The notes under the pieces were generated by a model. It was not told the origin of the DNA. It did no database searches and was given only the letters and a program-made list of their open reading frames with translations. Made by a program: the position numbers and the translations under genes. Below are positions 16,831 through 26,522 of a DNA stretch of 64,000 nt, piece after piece (the stretch's first letter is position 1; every line of letters starts with the position of its first letter). This DNA comes from Candidatus Dadabacteria bacterium (GTDB lineage: Bacteria; Desulfobacterota_D; UBA1144; Nemesobacterales; Nemesobacteraceae). Location: NCBI GenBank assembly GCA_022827275.1, contig JAJDTG010000022.1, positions 129,455-193,454 on the forward strand, read 5' to 3'.

Positions 16831-18279
16831 ATGAAGAAAACCGGTTTCTTGTTTTTTGCTGCTTGTCTTTTGCTTGTGGGTTCTCTTTCGTGCGCTAAGG
16901 TTGAGGAAGACGAAGAAGGCTCTGGATTTCTCTCGAGCGAAAATGTCCCGGAACTTCTCTCTTCTTCCGGGTCTTCGAAAAATTTTCCTTCCCTTGCGGG
17001 TCTTGTCGAGAAACAAAAACATTCTGTCGTGAACATAAGCACCACAAGTGTAGTAAAACGTGGAAAAGTGTTCCCTGATTTTGGCGAAGGGGACCCTTTC
17101 GAGGAGTTCTTCAAGAGGTTTCTTCCGAACGACCGGGATCGGGAGTTCAGAAAAAAGGGCCTGGGATCCGGGTTCATAGTAAGCAAAGACGGCTACATAG
17201 TTACCAACAACCATGTGATCAGCAGGGCGGAGGATATACAGGTCGTTCTCTACGACGGGTCGAGGTATACGGCCGAGATTGTGGGGCAGGACGCGAAAAC
17301 GGATCTCGCTGTCCTGAAGATAAAGCCTGAAAAGAAGCTGAAGCCTGTTGTTTTCGGAGATTCGGACAAGCTTAGAATCGGCGATTGGGTCATGGCGATC
17401 GGAAATCCTTTCGGACTCGGTTACACCGTAACGGTCGGAATAGTAAGCGCGAAGGGTAGGTCTCTGGGTCTCGGAGCCTACGATGATTTCATTCAGACCG
17501 ATGCGTCCCTTAACCCTGGAAACAGCGGAGGTCCGCTTTTCAACCTCGGAGGGGATGTGGTTGGTGTTAACACCGCGATAGCGGCCAGAGGACAGGGAAT
17601 AGGTTTTTCTATACCAACCAACATGGCCAGGGGGGTCATATCCCAGCTCATGGAAAAAGGCAAGGTGGTAAGGGGGTGGCTGGGAGTCGTTATTCAGCCT
17701 ATAACGCAGGAGATAGCCGAGAGTATGGGGCATAAGAGCACCGACGGGGCTCTTATATCTGATATAAGCCCGGGAAGCCCCGCGGAGAAAGCGGGACTGC
17801 AGAGGGGAGACGTGGTAGTGAAATTTGACGGAGAACCTATAAAGGAGTTTACATCTTTATCCAAACTCGTGGGAATGAAAGCTCCAGGTACTTCCTCTAA
17901 AATTACGATTCTCCGCGACGGGAAAAGCAAGGAGATTTCCGTTGTTCTCGGTAAGGTGCCGGATGAAGAGACTCCTGCCGAGTCCCAGCAGGACGAAGAT
18001 ATTGAACTAAGCGATATTACCCCGGATATCGCCGCACGGTTTGGCGTTGAGGATAAAGCGGGGGTTCTGGTTACGAACGTAAACCGCGCCAGCTTGGCGT
18101 GGGAGGCGGGATTCCGTCCGGGGGATGTGATACTCGAGGTTGACAAGAATCGCGTGGTAAACCTCGGGGACTATAACAAGATCGTAAGTGGCCTGAAGCC
18201 CGGGAAGCAGTATCTTTTTCTGATAAAAAGACGTAAGAACACGATTTACATCGGCTACGCACCCAAAAACAAACAGTAA
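16831..18279 (+). CDS. htrA: Periplasmic serine endoprotease DegP/HtrA family (trypsin domain + 2 PDZ)
   Basis: GSGFIVSKDGYIVTNNHV (His), DLAVLKI (Asp), GNSGGPL (Ser), then two PDZ-like segments. ATG at 16831 follows GGAGG (16818-16822) and gives signal peptide MKKTGFLFFAACLLLVGSLSC. The ORF track start at 16810 is an upstream in-frame ATG. Confidence 0.93.
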   Translation: MKKTGFLFFAACLLLVGSLSCAKVEEDEEGSGFLSSENVPELLSSSGSSKNFPSLAGLVEKQKHSVVNISTTSVVKRGKVFPDFGEGDPFEEFFKRFLPNDRDREFRKKGLGSGFIVSKDGYIVTNNHVISRAEDIQVVLYDGSRYTAEIVGQDAKTDLAVLKIKPEKKLKPVVFGDSDKLRIGDWVMAIGNPFGLGYTVTVGIVSAKGRSLGLGAYDDFIQTDASLNPGNSGGPLFNLGGDVVGVNTAIAARGQGIGFSIPTNMARGVISQLMEKGKVVRGWLGVVIQPITQEIAESMGHKSTDGALISDISPGSPAEKAGLQRGDVVVKFDGEPIKEFTSLSKLVGMKAPGTSSKITILRDGKSKEISVVLGKVPDEETPAESQQDEDIELSDITPDIAARFGVEDKAGVLVTNVNRASLAWEAGFRPGDVILEVDKNRVVNLGDYNKIVSGLKPGKQYLFLIKRRKNTIYIGYAPKNKQ

Positions 18280-18296
18280 CTGAGGACTCTCGGTGA

Positions 18297-18728
18297 TTAC
18301 TCTCCGGGAATGATTTTCCTTCGGAACTCCTCCGGGATCCGGACGGTTTTTCTCTCTTTGTAGTCGAAAAACACGAGAGAAGTCTTGACCTTGGCGACTT
18401 CCTTGCCGCTTTTTTCGTTCACTAGTGCGTAGATGAGCTCAAGAAAATGGTTGCCATACTCGCCGATGCCGATGCTTATTTCCATTACGTCTCCGTAAAA
18501 CGCTTCCGAACTGTAGGTGATTCCAACATCTCCCATTATGATTCCCACTCCCTCTATGTCGGCTTCGGTGTAGCCGTGTGTTGCTAGGAACCTTACACGG
18601 GCCTCGTGCGCAAGGGTTAACACCGAGTCGTGTCCAAGATGAGAACCGTAATTTATGTCGTCTATTCTTATCGGAATTTGGGTTGAAAAGACGAATTTGC
18701 TCGGTAGATCTATTTTTATTCTGGCCAT
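18297..18728 (-). CDS. Hotdog-fold acyl-CoA thioesterase (4HBT/YbgC-like)
   Basis: 143 aa. IRIDDINYGSHLGHDSVLTLAHEARVRFL pattern typical of 4HBT-type thioesterases. Confidence 0.7.
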   Translation of the reverse strand: MARIKIDLPSKFVFSTQIPIRIDDINYGSHLGHDSVLTLAHEARVRFLATHGYTEADIEGVGIIMGDVGITYSSEAFYGDVMEISIGIGEYGNHFLELIYALVNEKSGKEVAKVKTSLVFFDYKERKTVRIPEEFRRKIIPGE

Positions 18729-18860
18729 TTTCGCGGGGTTTCTCTCTGAATATATCTGTATTTTCGAGGCTATAAAAGAATTGTTTGCTTTTTACTTTTC
18801 AGGGGTTATAGTCATGCCTCAATAATTGTTCCAACAAATTTTTCTAGGAGGCAGGATCAG

Positions 18861-19082
18861 ATGGAAGAAAGGACAGAAAAGGAGCATGTAAGTAACCACG
18901 TTGATATTGAATCCAAAAGATTTTTCTTTGACGTTAAGGAAAACCACAAGGGTCAATACCTTAGGATTACCGAATTAAGCGGCGGACGCTCAAGCATAGT
19001 TGTTCCATTTGAAGGAATAGAGCAGTTCAGGGACAAACTGGTCGAAACGATAAAAGAATCCCTCGAGTTAGTCGGAAGCTAG
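18861..19082 (+). CDS. Small PUR-alpha-like nucleic-acid-binding protein (DUF3276-type)
   Basis: 73 aa. ESKRFFFDVKENHKGQYLRITELSGGRSSIVVPFEGIEQFRDKL resembles a single PUR repeat. GGAGG SD upstream. Confidence 0.6.
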   Translation: MEERTEKEHVSNHVDIESKRFFFDVKENHKGQYLRITELSGGRSSIVVPFEGIEQFRDKLVETIKESLELVGS

Positions 19083-19135
19083 AGAATTCCCAAGAGTTTT
19101 AATCTCTCCCCATTTCGGCACAAGCTTTAAGCTCT

Positions 19136-20407
19136 CTACATGATTGCTTTTGCTTTTACCACTCTGAGTTTTATAAGATTCGGGTCGGGAAGCTTGTTTA
19201 TAAATCCGACCTGAACATTCCTGAGCCACATCACCTGTTTCGGAGCCAGCACCTCTTTTATCTTGAAGCGGTTTGATCCAAAAGGTGTGTTCGAGGATTT
19301 GAAAAATTCTATTTCAAACTCTATTTTCTCGTAAGCAATGTCGCTTATGTTCTCGATTACTAGCTTGCTGAGCGTTGCGGTCGCCCCGGGGATTCCGCTT
19401 CCCCATTCAAACTCCCTTATTACTATATCGTGTTTTGGGAAAACTTCTCTGGGCTGTTCTTGGGAAAGTTCCGTGTTCTTGTTTGCAGCCGGACCGGCGG
19501 AGCCGGCCGGAGGGGGACCGCTTTCGGTTCCGCTGCCGTAAGCGCTTTCAGATTCATCTGAAGATGATGTTTCTTCCGGCGGTTCGGTTCTTTTCTCTCC
19601 GTCTTTCTTCCTGAGTATGCTGACGGAGCCGATTTTTTTCTTTATTCTCTCCCCTAGGCTCCCCCCGCCGGAAAGGATGTATTTGAGTTCTTTTGTTGTT
19701 ATCACTTCGGCTCCGGAGACGGCAATAGATCTTTCAACAGCGTTCGGACTCGAGAAGCCGACATTTATACCTGTAAAAGTTCTTTCCTCTCCGGCAGGAA
19801 GAACGTTATGTATTGTCACCGAAGAGAGGTGAGTGGTTCCCGGCCCGTCTCCTCCGTCTTTTTCGGTTAAAAGCAGCTTCATGTTTTTAAAATGGGTTTT
19901 TCCTGTGTTCTCAAGGGTGATTTCGGTTATGAAACCTTCCGTTCCGAAGCTTGCGCCTTCAAACTCCCAGTTCTTTATAAAAATCACGTTCTCGGCACCT
20001 GCGGACAAAGAGCTTCCCGACACCTCGGCACCAGTTACCCTCGCCTCGGAGTTTTCAAGATCCGAGTTCATGAGTCCCAAATTCAAGTTGGAGAAGGTTT
20101 TTTGGCTTCCTGCAGGCAGTTCCTCGGGTATTTTCCCGTGAAGCGAGCCCAGAAGCTTGCCGGTCTTCGTAAACAGGTCAATCCTGATTCTGATGTTCTT
20201 ATAGCTGTTTTTGCTGGAGTTTGCGACGGTTATTTCCCCGAGCGTCGCCATGCGTCCCACCCCGTAAGATTTCCACGAGTAGTCCGTTACGGTGAGGTCT
20301 TCACGTGGATTTGGCTGCGCATGAGCGACCTCCGCTTGCGGAGAGAGAAGAAACGGAAAAAGCAGAAGGGCAATCGTGATTGTCGCAACGCGAATTAGGC
20401 TTTTCAT
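19136..20407 (-). CDS. Secreted hypothetical protein with three related beta-rich modules and an acidic/Ser-Pro linker
   Basis: Signal peptide MKSLIRVATITIALLLFPFLLSPQAEVAHA. Three modules share I[TV].[EA]N.[SG]...[YF][KE][NK][IM]...LPAG..(K/R)TF...N(L/V)G. Linker is EPPEETSSSDESESAYGSGTESGPPPAGSAGPA. Confidence 0.7.
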   Translation of the reverse strand: MKSLIRVATITIALLLFPFLLSPQAEVAHAQPNPREDLTVTDYSWKSYGVGRMATLGEITVANSSKNSYKNIRIRIDLFTKTGKLLGSLHGKIPEELPAGSQKTFSNLNLGLMNSDLENSEARVTGAEVSGSSLSAGAENVIFIKNWEFEGASFGTEGFITEITLENTGKTHFKNMKLLLTEKDGGDGPGTTHLSSVTIHNVLPAGEERTFTGINVGFSSPNAVERSIAVSGAEVITTKELKYILSGGGSLGERIKKKIGSVSILRKKDGEKRTEPPEETSSSDESESAYGSGTESGPPPAGSAGPAANKNTELSQEQPREVFPKHDIVIREFEWGSGIPGATATLSKLVIENISDIAYEKIEFEIEFFKSSNTPFGSNRFKIKEVLAPKQVMWLRNVQVGFINKLPDPNLIKLRVVKAKAIM

Positions 20408-20589
20408 GAGGTCTTAAAGAGTATTTATAATAATATACCGGAGAGTTTTTGTTATGGAAGTTCCGGGCGAAGGCTTTTTCCCTTGAGATATCTTCCAAAA
20501 AAGTTATAAATCTAGAACGGCCAGCCGGCAACTAAAGATTTTTTCGGCGTGCAATTCGCCGTAACTCATCGAAACAGCAGGTTTTTTCA

Positions 20590-20928
20590 ATGGCAATTTA
20601 CATATTACTCAGCAGGCTTACTCCCGAAGGCAGAAAAACCGTAAAGGAACGACCCGGGAGAATAAAGGAAGTTGACGAGGAGCTTGAAGACATAGGCGTC
20701 AGGGTTATTGAGCAGTATGCGACTCTGGGCAGATATGATTTTGTAAACATAGTGGAGGCGCCCGATAACGAGACCATAGGGAAGGTCTCGGTTGACCTCT
20801 GCTCAAGGGGGACAGTCGAGTTGGTAACTCTTCCGGCGGTCTCGGTCGAGTCTTTGGTTGAATCACTTAACAGGGTGAGAGCTGAAAAGATACCCCCAAT
20901 ACCATCTGGGGAAGATGAGGATGTTTAA
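20590..20928 (+). CDS. GYD-domain protein
   Basis: 112 aa. MAIYILLSRLTPEGRKTVKE...LGRYDFVNIVEAPDNETIGKVSVDL matches the GYD family pattern. Confidence 0.7.
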   Translation: MAIYILLSRLTPEGRKTVKERPGRIKEVDEELEDIGVRVIEQYATLGRYDFVNIVEAPDNETIGKVSVDLCSRGTVELVTLPAVSVESLVESLNRVRAEKIPPIPSGEDEDV

Positions 20929-21079
20929 AAAATATTTCGGTATAGTAGAAGAACAGTCGCGGGACGTTTTCGGTACGCACCCGAAAAAAACCCTCTCGGC
21001 TTTTTCCTTTTTTTCGGTCGCCGCGGTCATCTTACCCCTGGCCATACTCATCCTGTTCATCCTGCTTAAGTTTTTCTAA
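20921..21079 (+). CDS. Candidate small tail-anchored membrane protein (52 aa), below the ORF-track cutoff
   Basis: ATG at 20921 overlaps the GYD gene stop. Translation is MFKKYFGIVEEQSRDVFGTHPKKTLSAFSFFSVAAVILPLAILILFILLKFF, with a C-terminal hydrophobic helix. TAA at 21077-21079 lies 7 nt before mutL. It fills an otherwise unexplained 158-bp gap. Confidence 0.35.
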   Translation: MFKKYFGIVEEQSRDVFGTHPKKTLSAFSFFSVAAVILPLAILILFILLKFF

Positions 21080-21086
21080 AGTATTA

Positions 21087-22889
21087 ATGGCGAAGATCAG
21101 AACACTTCCGGATGTACTTGTTTCTAAGATAGCGGCCGGAGAAATAGTTGAGAGACCAGCTTCCGTAGTAAAGGAGCTTGTTGAGAACTCAATTGACGCT
21201 GGTGCAACCAGAATATCCATACACCTTGAAGCCGGAGGCAAGCGGCTTGTAAGAGTGGTTGATAATGGCCACGGAATGTCTCGTGACGACGCCCTCATGA
21301 GCATTGAACGCCACGCCACGAGCAAGATAAGGGACATTGATGATCTTTTCTCGATAGGAACTCTCGGTTTTCGCGGCGAGGCGCTTCCGAGCATAGCCAG
21401 CGTTTCAAGGTTCAGAATGATAACTGCTGCCGAGGGTTCGAAATCTGGCACCGAAATCTACATTGAAGGCGGAGTCGTAAGAAAGATAAAAGAGGCGGCA
21501 TCTCCCGTGGGTTCGTCAGTTGAGGTTAAGAACCTCTTTTTCAACACCCCGCCGCGGCTTAAGTTTCTGAAAAGGCCGGAGACCGAACTCGGCAGGGCTC
21601 TTGAGGTTATCCAGCGCGAAGCTCTTTCACGACCCGGGGTGTCTTTTGAGGTTTCCTCAAATGGAAGAACCATCCATCGCTACGGTGCAAGCGAGTCGCT
21701 TGCGCAGCGCGTAGCACAGATAATTCCCGGCACGCCGCTTTACCTTGTAGACTTTGAAGACGAGACACTGGCACTGCATGGCTTACTGGGAAGTCCCCTG
21801 GATCCACGCTCCTCGATGCGCAGGCTCTTTACTTATGTAAATTCGAGATCCGTAAGGGACCGTTTTATAAACAGGATTATAATGGAGTGCTACGGAAGGA
21901 TGGTTGAAAAGGGGAAATATCCCCAAGGGGCGATTTTTATTGAAAGAGATCCCGCCTTGGTGGACGTGAACGTACATCCGACCAAAAGCGAAGTAATGTT
22001 CGAGAGCCAGTACGAAGTTGGCCAGAGCATTCGCCGCGCGATAAGCGGCATGCTTGCCGATGCCCCCTGGATGAAGGGCTACAGGGAAAGAACCCAGAAG
22101 GCCATTGAAGATTTCTACGAGAGGAAAAAAGATCCCGGAGTTTACGAGAACAGGGATTACTCCACCACAGCGCCCTCACTAAAAGCGGCTTCCACCCAGG
22201 CCGCTTACAAGCCTGAGACAGGGTCTCCGCACCTCCCCAATGGAGATTCCTCTATATTTGAGAAATCTCCAGAGGCAGCAGGAGAAGACATGTTCTCCAA
22301 TGGTTTTTATTCAAACCTCAGGTTCCTCGGACAGGTAGGAAAGCTTTATCTCGTATGCGAGGATCCGGACGGCATTATTCTTATTGACCAGCACGCGGCC
22401 CATGAGCGGGTTAACTTCGAGAGAATAAGAAAATCCTATCTCGAAGAAGCTTTTTCCTGCTCCCAGAAACTTCTTATTCCCGAAGTTGTTGAGCTTGCGG
22501 TCCGGGAAATCAATACGGCGCGGCAGTTTACAAACGAGATGGGAAAGCTCGGCTTTGATTTTGAAGTTTTTGGGGAAAGCGCGGTGAGAGTTAAATCCGT
22601 CCCGGGGTTTTTAAGAGACTCCGATTACGCCCGGGTTTTTGCCGACCTGTTTGATGAGCTTGATGGTCTGGGCGACCCCAAAAGCTTGGAGGAGCACCTT
22701 GACGCCGTATGCGCAACCATGGCGTGCCACAGTTCAATCACCGCAAACCGAACGCTCTCGGAACAGGAAGCGCGGACTCTTTTTGCAGATATGGATGCTT
22801 CTGAAAATCCGCACGCCTGTCCTCACGGCCGGCCGGTGGCGACCCGGATATCGTACAATATGCTTGAAAAGATGTTTAAGAGAACCTGA
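21087..22889 (+). CDS. mutL: DNA mismatch repair protein MutL
   Basis: 600 aa. IAAGEIVERPASVVKELVENSIDAGA GHKL ATPase motif, DNGHGM, and the C-terminal endonuclease-type DQHAAHERVNFE motif. Confidence 0.95.
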   Translation: MAKIRTLPDVLVSKIAAGEIVERPASVVKELVENSIDAGATRISIHLEAGGKRLVRVVDNGHGMSRDDALMSIERHATSKIRDIDDLFSIGTLGFRGEALPSIASVSRFRMITAAEGSKSGTEIYIEGGVVRKIKEAASPVGSSVEVKNLFFNTPPRLKFLKRPETELGRALEVIQREALSRPGVSFEVSSNGRTIHRYGASESLAQRVAQIIPGTPLYLVDFEDETLALHGLLGSPLDPRSSMRRLFTYVNSRSVRDRFINRIIMECYGRMVEKGKYPQGAIFIERDPALVDVNVHPTKSEVMFESQYEVGQSIRRAISGMLADAPWMKGYRERTQKAIEDFYERKKDPGVYENRDYSTTAPSLKAASTQAAYKPETGSPHLPNGDSSIFEKSPEAAGEDMFSNGFYSNLRFLGQVGKLYLVCEDPDGIILIDQHAAHERVNFERIRKSYLEEAFSCSQKLLIPEVVELAVREINTARQFTNEMGKLGFDFEVFGESAVRVKSVPGFLRDSDYARVFADLFDELDGLGDPKSLEEHLDAVCATMACHSSITANRTLSEQEARTLFADMDASENPHACPHGRPVATRISYNMLEKMFKRT

Positions 22890-22977
22890 TTCTTAAAGTT
22901 GATACATGGTGATTGCAAGCGGGGATTTCCGAGAAAAACTACTTTTTTCAAATTTATAAAGGAGGACCGAATCCGAA

Positions 22978-23547
22978 ATGGCTGTTGTCGACACGAGTGG
23001 TTTTCACAAGGGCATGAAGATCGAGACCGAAGGGGCGATCTGGGAGATAGTCGAGTACAAGCATTCAAAGATGGCGCAGAGAAGCCCGATAGTTACGGCT
23101 AGGCTTAAGAATATCGCCACGGGAGCCGTGCGGGAAATGAAGTTCCGTGCGGGAGACACGTTTAACGTTCCCGATATCCAGAAAAGAACCATGCAGTATC
23201 TCTACAGGGACGATGAGATGTTTTATTTCATGGATTCCGAGACTTTCGACCAGTTTCCTTTCAGGGCGGATACAATAGGGGATACGGTGAAGTTTCTTAA
23301 AGAACAGCAGGAAGTCACGGTGCAGATGTATGAAGGAGAACTCATAGGAGTGGAACTTCCCACCGCCGTTGTCTTCGAGGTTACCCACACGGAACCTGGA
23401 GTGAAGGGAGATACAGTTTCAAGCACCACGAAACCGGCGACCATAGAAACCGGAGCGGTGGTGGCCGTCCCTCTTTTTATCAACATCGGGGACATGATAA
23501 AAGTTGATACGAGAAACGGGAACTACCTCGAAAGGGCGAAATCCTGA
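22978..23547 (+). CDS. efp: Translation elongation factor P
   Basis: 189 aa. KGMKIETEGAIWEIVEYKHSKMAQRSPIVTARLKNIATG. GGAGG SD upstream. Confidence 0.95.
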   Translation: MAVVDTSGFHKGMKIETEGAIWEIVEYKHSKMAQRSPIVTARLKNIATGAVREMKFRAGDTFNVPDIQKRTMQYLYRDDEMFYFMDSETFDQFPFRADTIGDTVKFLKEQQEVTVQMYEGELIGVELPTAVVFEVTHTEPGVKGDTVSSTTKPATIETGAVVAVPLFINIGDMIKVDTRNGNYLERAKS

Positions 23548-23575
23548 GCAAGGCCACTTATTTGTTAATTGCGAC

Positions 23576-24877
23576 CTATTTTCCGAAAGGGTCCTCAATT
23601 CCCGGATGCCAGAGCTTGAAGTGTTCTTTGTGCAGATCGTGGTATGAATCTTTCTCGAAATACTTGTCGTAGAAATCAAGATCAAGGTGGTGGGCCTGAA
23701 ATACCAGCCGAACGAACATCGGGTCCAGGAAAGCCGGGAATCTTCCGTAGTTCTCATACACGTAGGTGCAGAAATCCTTTACTATCTGTATCCTGACCTC
23801 GGAAGGATGGTATTCGTCACGCAGGATCGACGCGGGATCTCTGTAGGGAAACGGATTGTCCTCCTTCCAGAACTGTCCCCTTATCTCTAGAAACCTGTCG
23901 ACAGCTTCGTTCATGTCCGCCACGTAGGGAGGGCAGAGGGATTCGAAAACTCCGTCCCTTCCGACGGGATAAGGCGGGTTTGTGCTCCTGATGCTTTCCT
24001 CCGGCTGGACGAACCGGAATCCGAGCCCTTTGTGGGAAGGGTCGACCCCGAGCGCGTAATGGGGAAGCAGTCCGGTGAAAGTCCAGCCTCCGAGACCCAA
24101 GGCCTGCAACGCGAGGTTCATGTTCTGGCTTATAAAGGCCTGTTCCACGTTAAGCGTGGTCAGCACCCTTAATTCCAGATCGAACAGAGAAAGCCTGACG
24201 TCGTTTCTTATGTAGCCTTTCTCTATCCACTTATCAAGGCCGCACGATCTTCCCCCGTTGAGTTCGTCGATAATGTTAAATCCGTACTTGGCTCCGAAAT
24301 ATATGAACAGAAGCACCATGTACTCGACAGTGGTGTTGGTTACCGGGATGAAGAAAGTCGTTCCCGGCTTGTTTGTGTTCCATGCGTTAAAGTCGAAAAG
24401 GCCGGGTTCTCCCTTCGGAAGATCGGCTCTTTGGTTCTCAAGGGTAATTCTGCTTGCCCTGAAAAGCTCGACTATTTTTTCAAGCTGTTTTTCCCTGTCA
24501 AGCGACATAAAGATAGAGGTGTCGGGGGGCATGAGGTCAAAAAGCCGCACCATGTAAACGCCTTGGTCGTTTGTGTAGAAAAGCTCGGTTGAATGAGAGT
24601 TGCAGGAGCACGGCCAGCTTCTGCCGGTCCACTGGAAAAGCCATGATATGCCGGTTCTCGGGAGGTCTCCCAGAGAAAGACCCGTGGTTCCCGTGCCCGC
24701 CCAGATCAAAAAAGCCTCTTCAAGTTCGGAGAGAGGGACTGGGTCGTGAGCGGAACTGTACGCCAGATTTCCCTCGGGAATTTCCATCCCGAGACCGAAA
24801 CGGCGCGACCTTCTTGAGAATATGGAATCCAGAAGACTGAAGTTTATGGCTCGTTCAAAGCCTTGGGGGATTTTCAT
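23576..24877 (-). CDS. Nitroreductase-superfamily-like protein (433 aa), function unknown
   Basis: N-terminal SIFSRRSRRFG (RRSxRxF-type) and QNMNLALQALGLGGW motifs resemble nitroreductase-fold proteins. The remainder is unassigned. Confidence 0.5.
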   Translation of the reverse strand: MKIPQGFERAINFSLLDSIFSRRSRRFGLGMEIPEGNLAYSSAHDPVPLSELEEAFLIWAGTGTTGLSLGDLPRTGISWLFQWTGRSWPCSCNSHSTELFYTNDQGVYMVRLFDLMPPDTSIFMSLDREKQLEKIVELFRASRITLENQRADLPKGEPGLFDFNAWNTNKPGTTFFIPVTNTTVEYMVLLFIYFGAKYGFNIIDELNGGRSCGLDKWIEKGYIRNDVRLSLFDLELRVLTTLNVEQAFISQNMNLALQALGLGGWTFTGLLPHYALGVDPSHKGLGFRFVQPEESIRSTNPPYPVGRDGVFESLCPPYVADMNEAVDRFLEIRGQFWKEDNPFPYRDPASILRDEYHPSEVRIQIVKDFCTYVYENYGRFPAFLDPMFVRLVFQAHHLDLDFYDKYFEKDSYHDLHKEHFKLWHPGIEDPFGK

Positions 24878-24923
24878 TTTTCCGCTCTTTTAGGCGGTCT
24901 TGCGAGAGGTGGCCCGGCTCCGG

Positions 24924-25373
24924 TCAGTTGTTAAGGGTCTTGCATTCCTCGCAGATTCCGCTGAAAAGCACCGAGTATCCAAGAATTTTGTAATTGTCTA
25001 TTTGCGGGTCAAGTTCCGAGTAAGCTATTGAATCGTCATAGATGTCTTCTATCTTTTTGCATTTTACGCATACGACGTGGTGGTGAGGTTCCATGTTGGC
25101 GTCGTATCTCGCGGCGTGATACAGGGTGTTGACTACTGATATGAGCCCCATTCTCTCGAATGTCTCAAGCGTTCTGTACACGGTGGTAAGGGATATGTTC
25201 GGATAGTAGTCCTTTATGTTTTTATAGATCATCTCGGTGCTCGGGTGCTGCATGCTTCCCGCAAGCTCCCTGTATATCGCTATTCTCTGAGGAGTTACCT
25301 TAAGCCCCAGTTCTTTGCTTCTTTTTATGAATTGCGATATCTTGTTTTCGGTTCCGAGTTCCGAATTCTTCAT
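24924..25373 (-). CDS. Fur-family metal/peroxide-responsive transcriptional regulator
   Basis: 149 aa. KVTPQRIAIYREL wHTH, HHHVVCVKCKK and CEECK CxxC pairs. Confidence 0.88.
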   Translation of the reverse strand: MKNSELGTENKISQFIKRSKELGLKVTPQRIAIYRELAGSMQHPSTEMIYKNIKDYYPNISLTTVYRTLETFERMGLISVVNTLYHAARYDANMEPHHHVVCVKCKKIEDIYDDSIAYSELDPQIDNYKILGYSVLFSGICEECKTLNN

Positions 25374-25450
25374 AATCTGTCCCTTTAGGGGGATTATAAC
25401 AGGCCAGTCTCAGTGTACCTTAAAAGTCTTTAAGTCTCAAACCGCATGCC

Positions 25451-26062
25451 ATGCAGAAAACTGTCATTGAGTTTATGAAGAAAAACAGGGTCGTGGCCGT
25501 TATCAGGTCCACGAGTTACGAAAAATCTCTTGAATTTGCAAGGGGATGCGTTGACGGCGGGATAAGAGTCATAGAGATCATATCAATCTCTCCAGGTTCT
25601 GAAAGACTTCTTCGGGAGCTTGCCTCGCAGGGCGGAATATGCGTCGGGGCGGGTACGGTTCTTGACCGCGGTTCCGCCGAGCGGATGTCTGATTGCGGGG
25701 CCCGTTTCATAGTTTCTCCGCACACCGATCCCGGGATAATCGAGTATTGCCGGAAAAACAGCATCACGGTGATCTCAGGTGCCTTTACGTCCTCTGAGAT
25801 GGTTAACGCCCGCAGCATCGGAGCGGACTTCGTAAAGATATTCCCCGCTTCGAGCTTCGGTCCTGGGTACGTGAAGGCCATAAAGGAGCCTCTCGGATTT
25901 ATGGATATCATGGTTACCGGGGGAATTACCGCGGACAACATCCAGGATTATCTCTCGGCGGGAGCCGCACTTGCCGGGGTGTCTACAGCACTTTTGGGCG
26001 GAGGAGACGACTATCAGTCCATAAAACAAAGGGCCGAGGAGTTCTCCCGGTTCTCCACATGA
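25451..26062 (+). CDS. eda: KDPG / 4-hydroxy-2-oxoglutarate aldolase family
   Basis: 203 aa. VVAVIR, RVIEI, GAGTVL, FIVSP, VKIFPA, TGGI motifs of class I Eda aldolases. Confidence 0.82.
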   Translation: MQKTVIEFMKKNRVVAVIRSTSYEKSLEFARGCVDGGIRVIEIISISPGSERLLRELASQGGICVGAGTVLDRGSAERMSDCGARFIVSPHTDPGIIEYCRKNSITVISGAFTSSEMVNARSIGADFVKIFPASSFGPGYVKAIKEPLGFMDIMVTGGITADNIQDYLSAGAALAGVSTALLGGGDDYQSIKQRAEEFSRFST

Positions 26063-26430
26063 AGATGGATACAAAGCCGCAGGCGAGGGAGTTTTATCTT
26101 GACTCAATAGACGAAGTATTTGCCGAGATTTTTTTTCTTTTCGGCGGCGGCTTTGAGGTCCGGATGGAAATCGCTTCCGAAACTTCGCTGGTAAGCTCTT
26201 CTTTCTCGCCCCGCATCACGGCGGTTGATCGAGAGGGGGCAGTCGATTTTGAGCTTTGTGCCTTTGAGTGTTCGGGGGTTTCTGCGGAGAACTTCGAGGA
26301 GTATCTTGGGATCCCGGTGCATACAAGCAGCGCGCTTGAGTTTTTTGACTATGTTTTTTCCCAAAGATCGAAAGTCGTCTGCGACGTAGATTTCGCGGGA
26401 AACAGCTGGATAATAACCGTTGTTAACTGA
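26059..26430 (+). CDS. Hypothetical protein (123 aa)
   Basis: ORF overlaps the eda stop by 4 nt (ATGA coupling). No motif recognised. Confidence 0.5.
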   Translation: MKMDTKPQAREFYLDSIDEVFAEIFFLFGGGFEVRMEIASETSLVSSSFSPRITAVDREGAVDFELCAFECSGVSAENFEEYLGIPVHTSSALEFFDYVFSQRSKVVCDVDFAGNSWIITVVN

Positions 26431-26522
26431 AAATGGTCATGATTTCCGCTGTTTTTAAATATTGATTTTCCTTTCCTGATTGCTTTTTTGCAGGCCTGCT
26501 TAAAACCTGTTACCTTAGCAAA

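Noticed and set aside
16729-17733. 334-aa minus-strand ORF antisense to htrA
   Set aside because: This is a shadow frame of a confidently identified serine protease gene, with a low-complexity R/S/P-rich translation.
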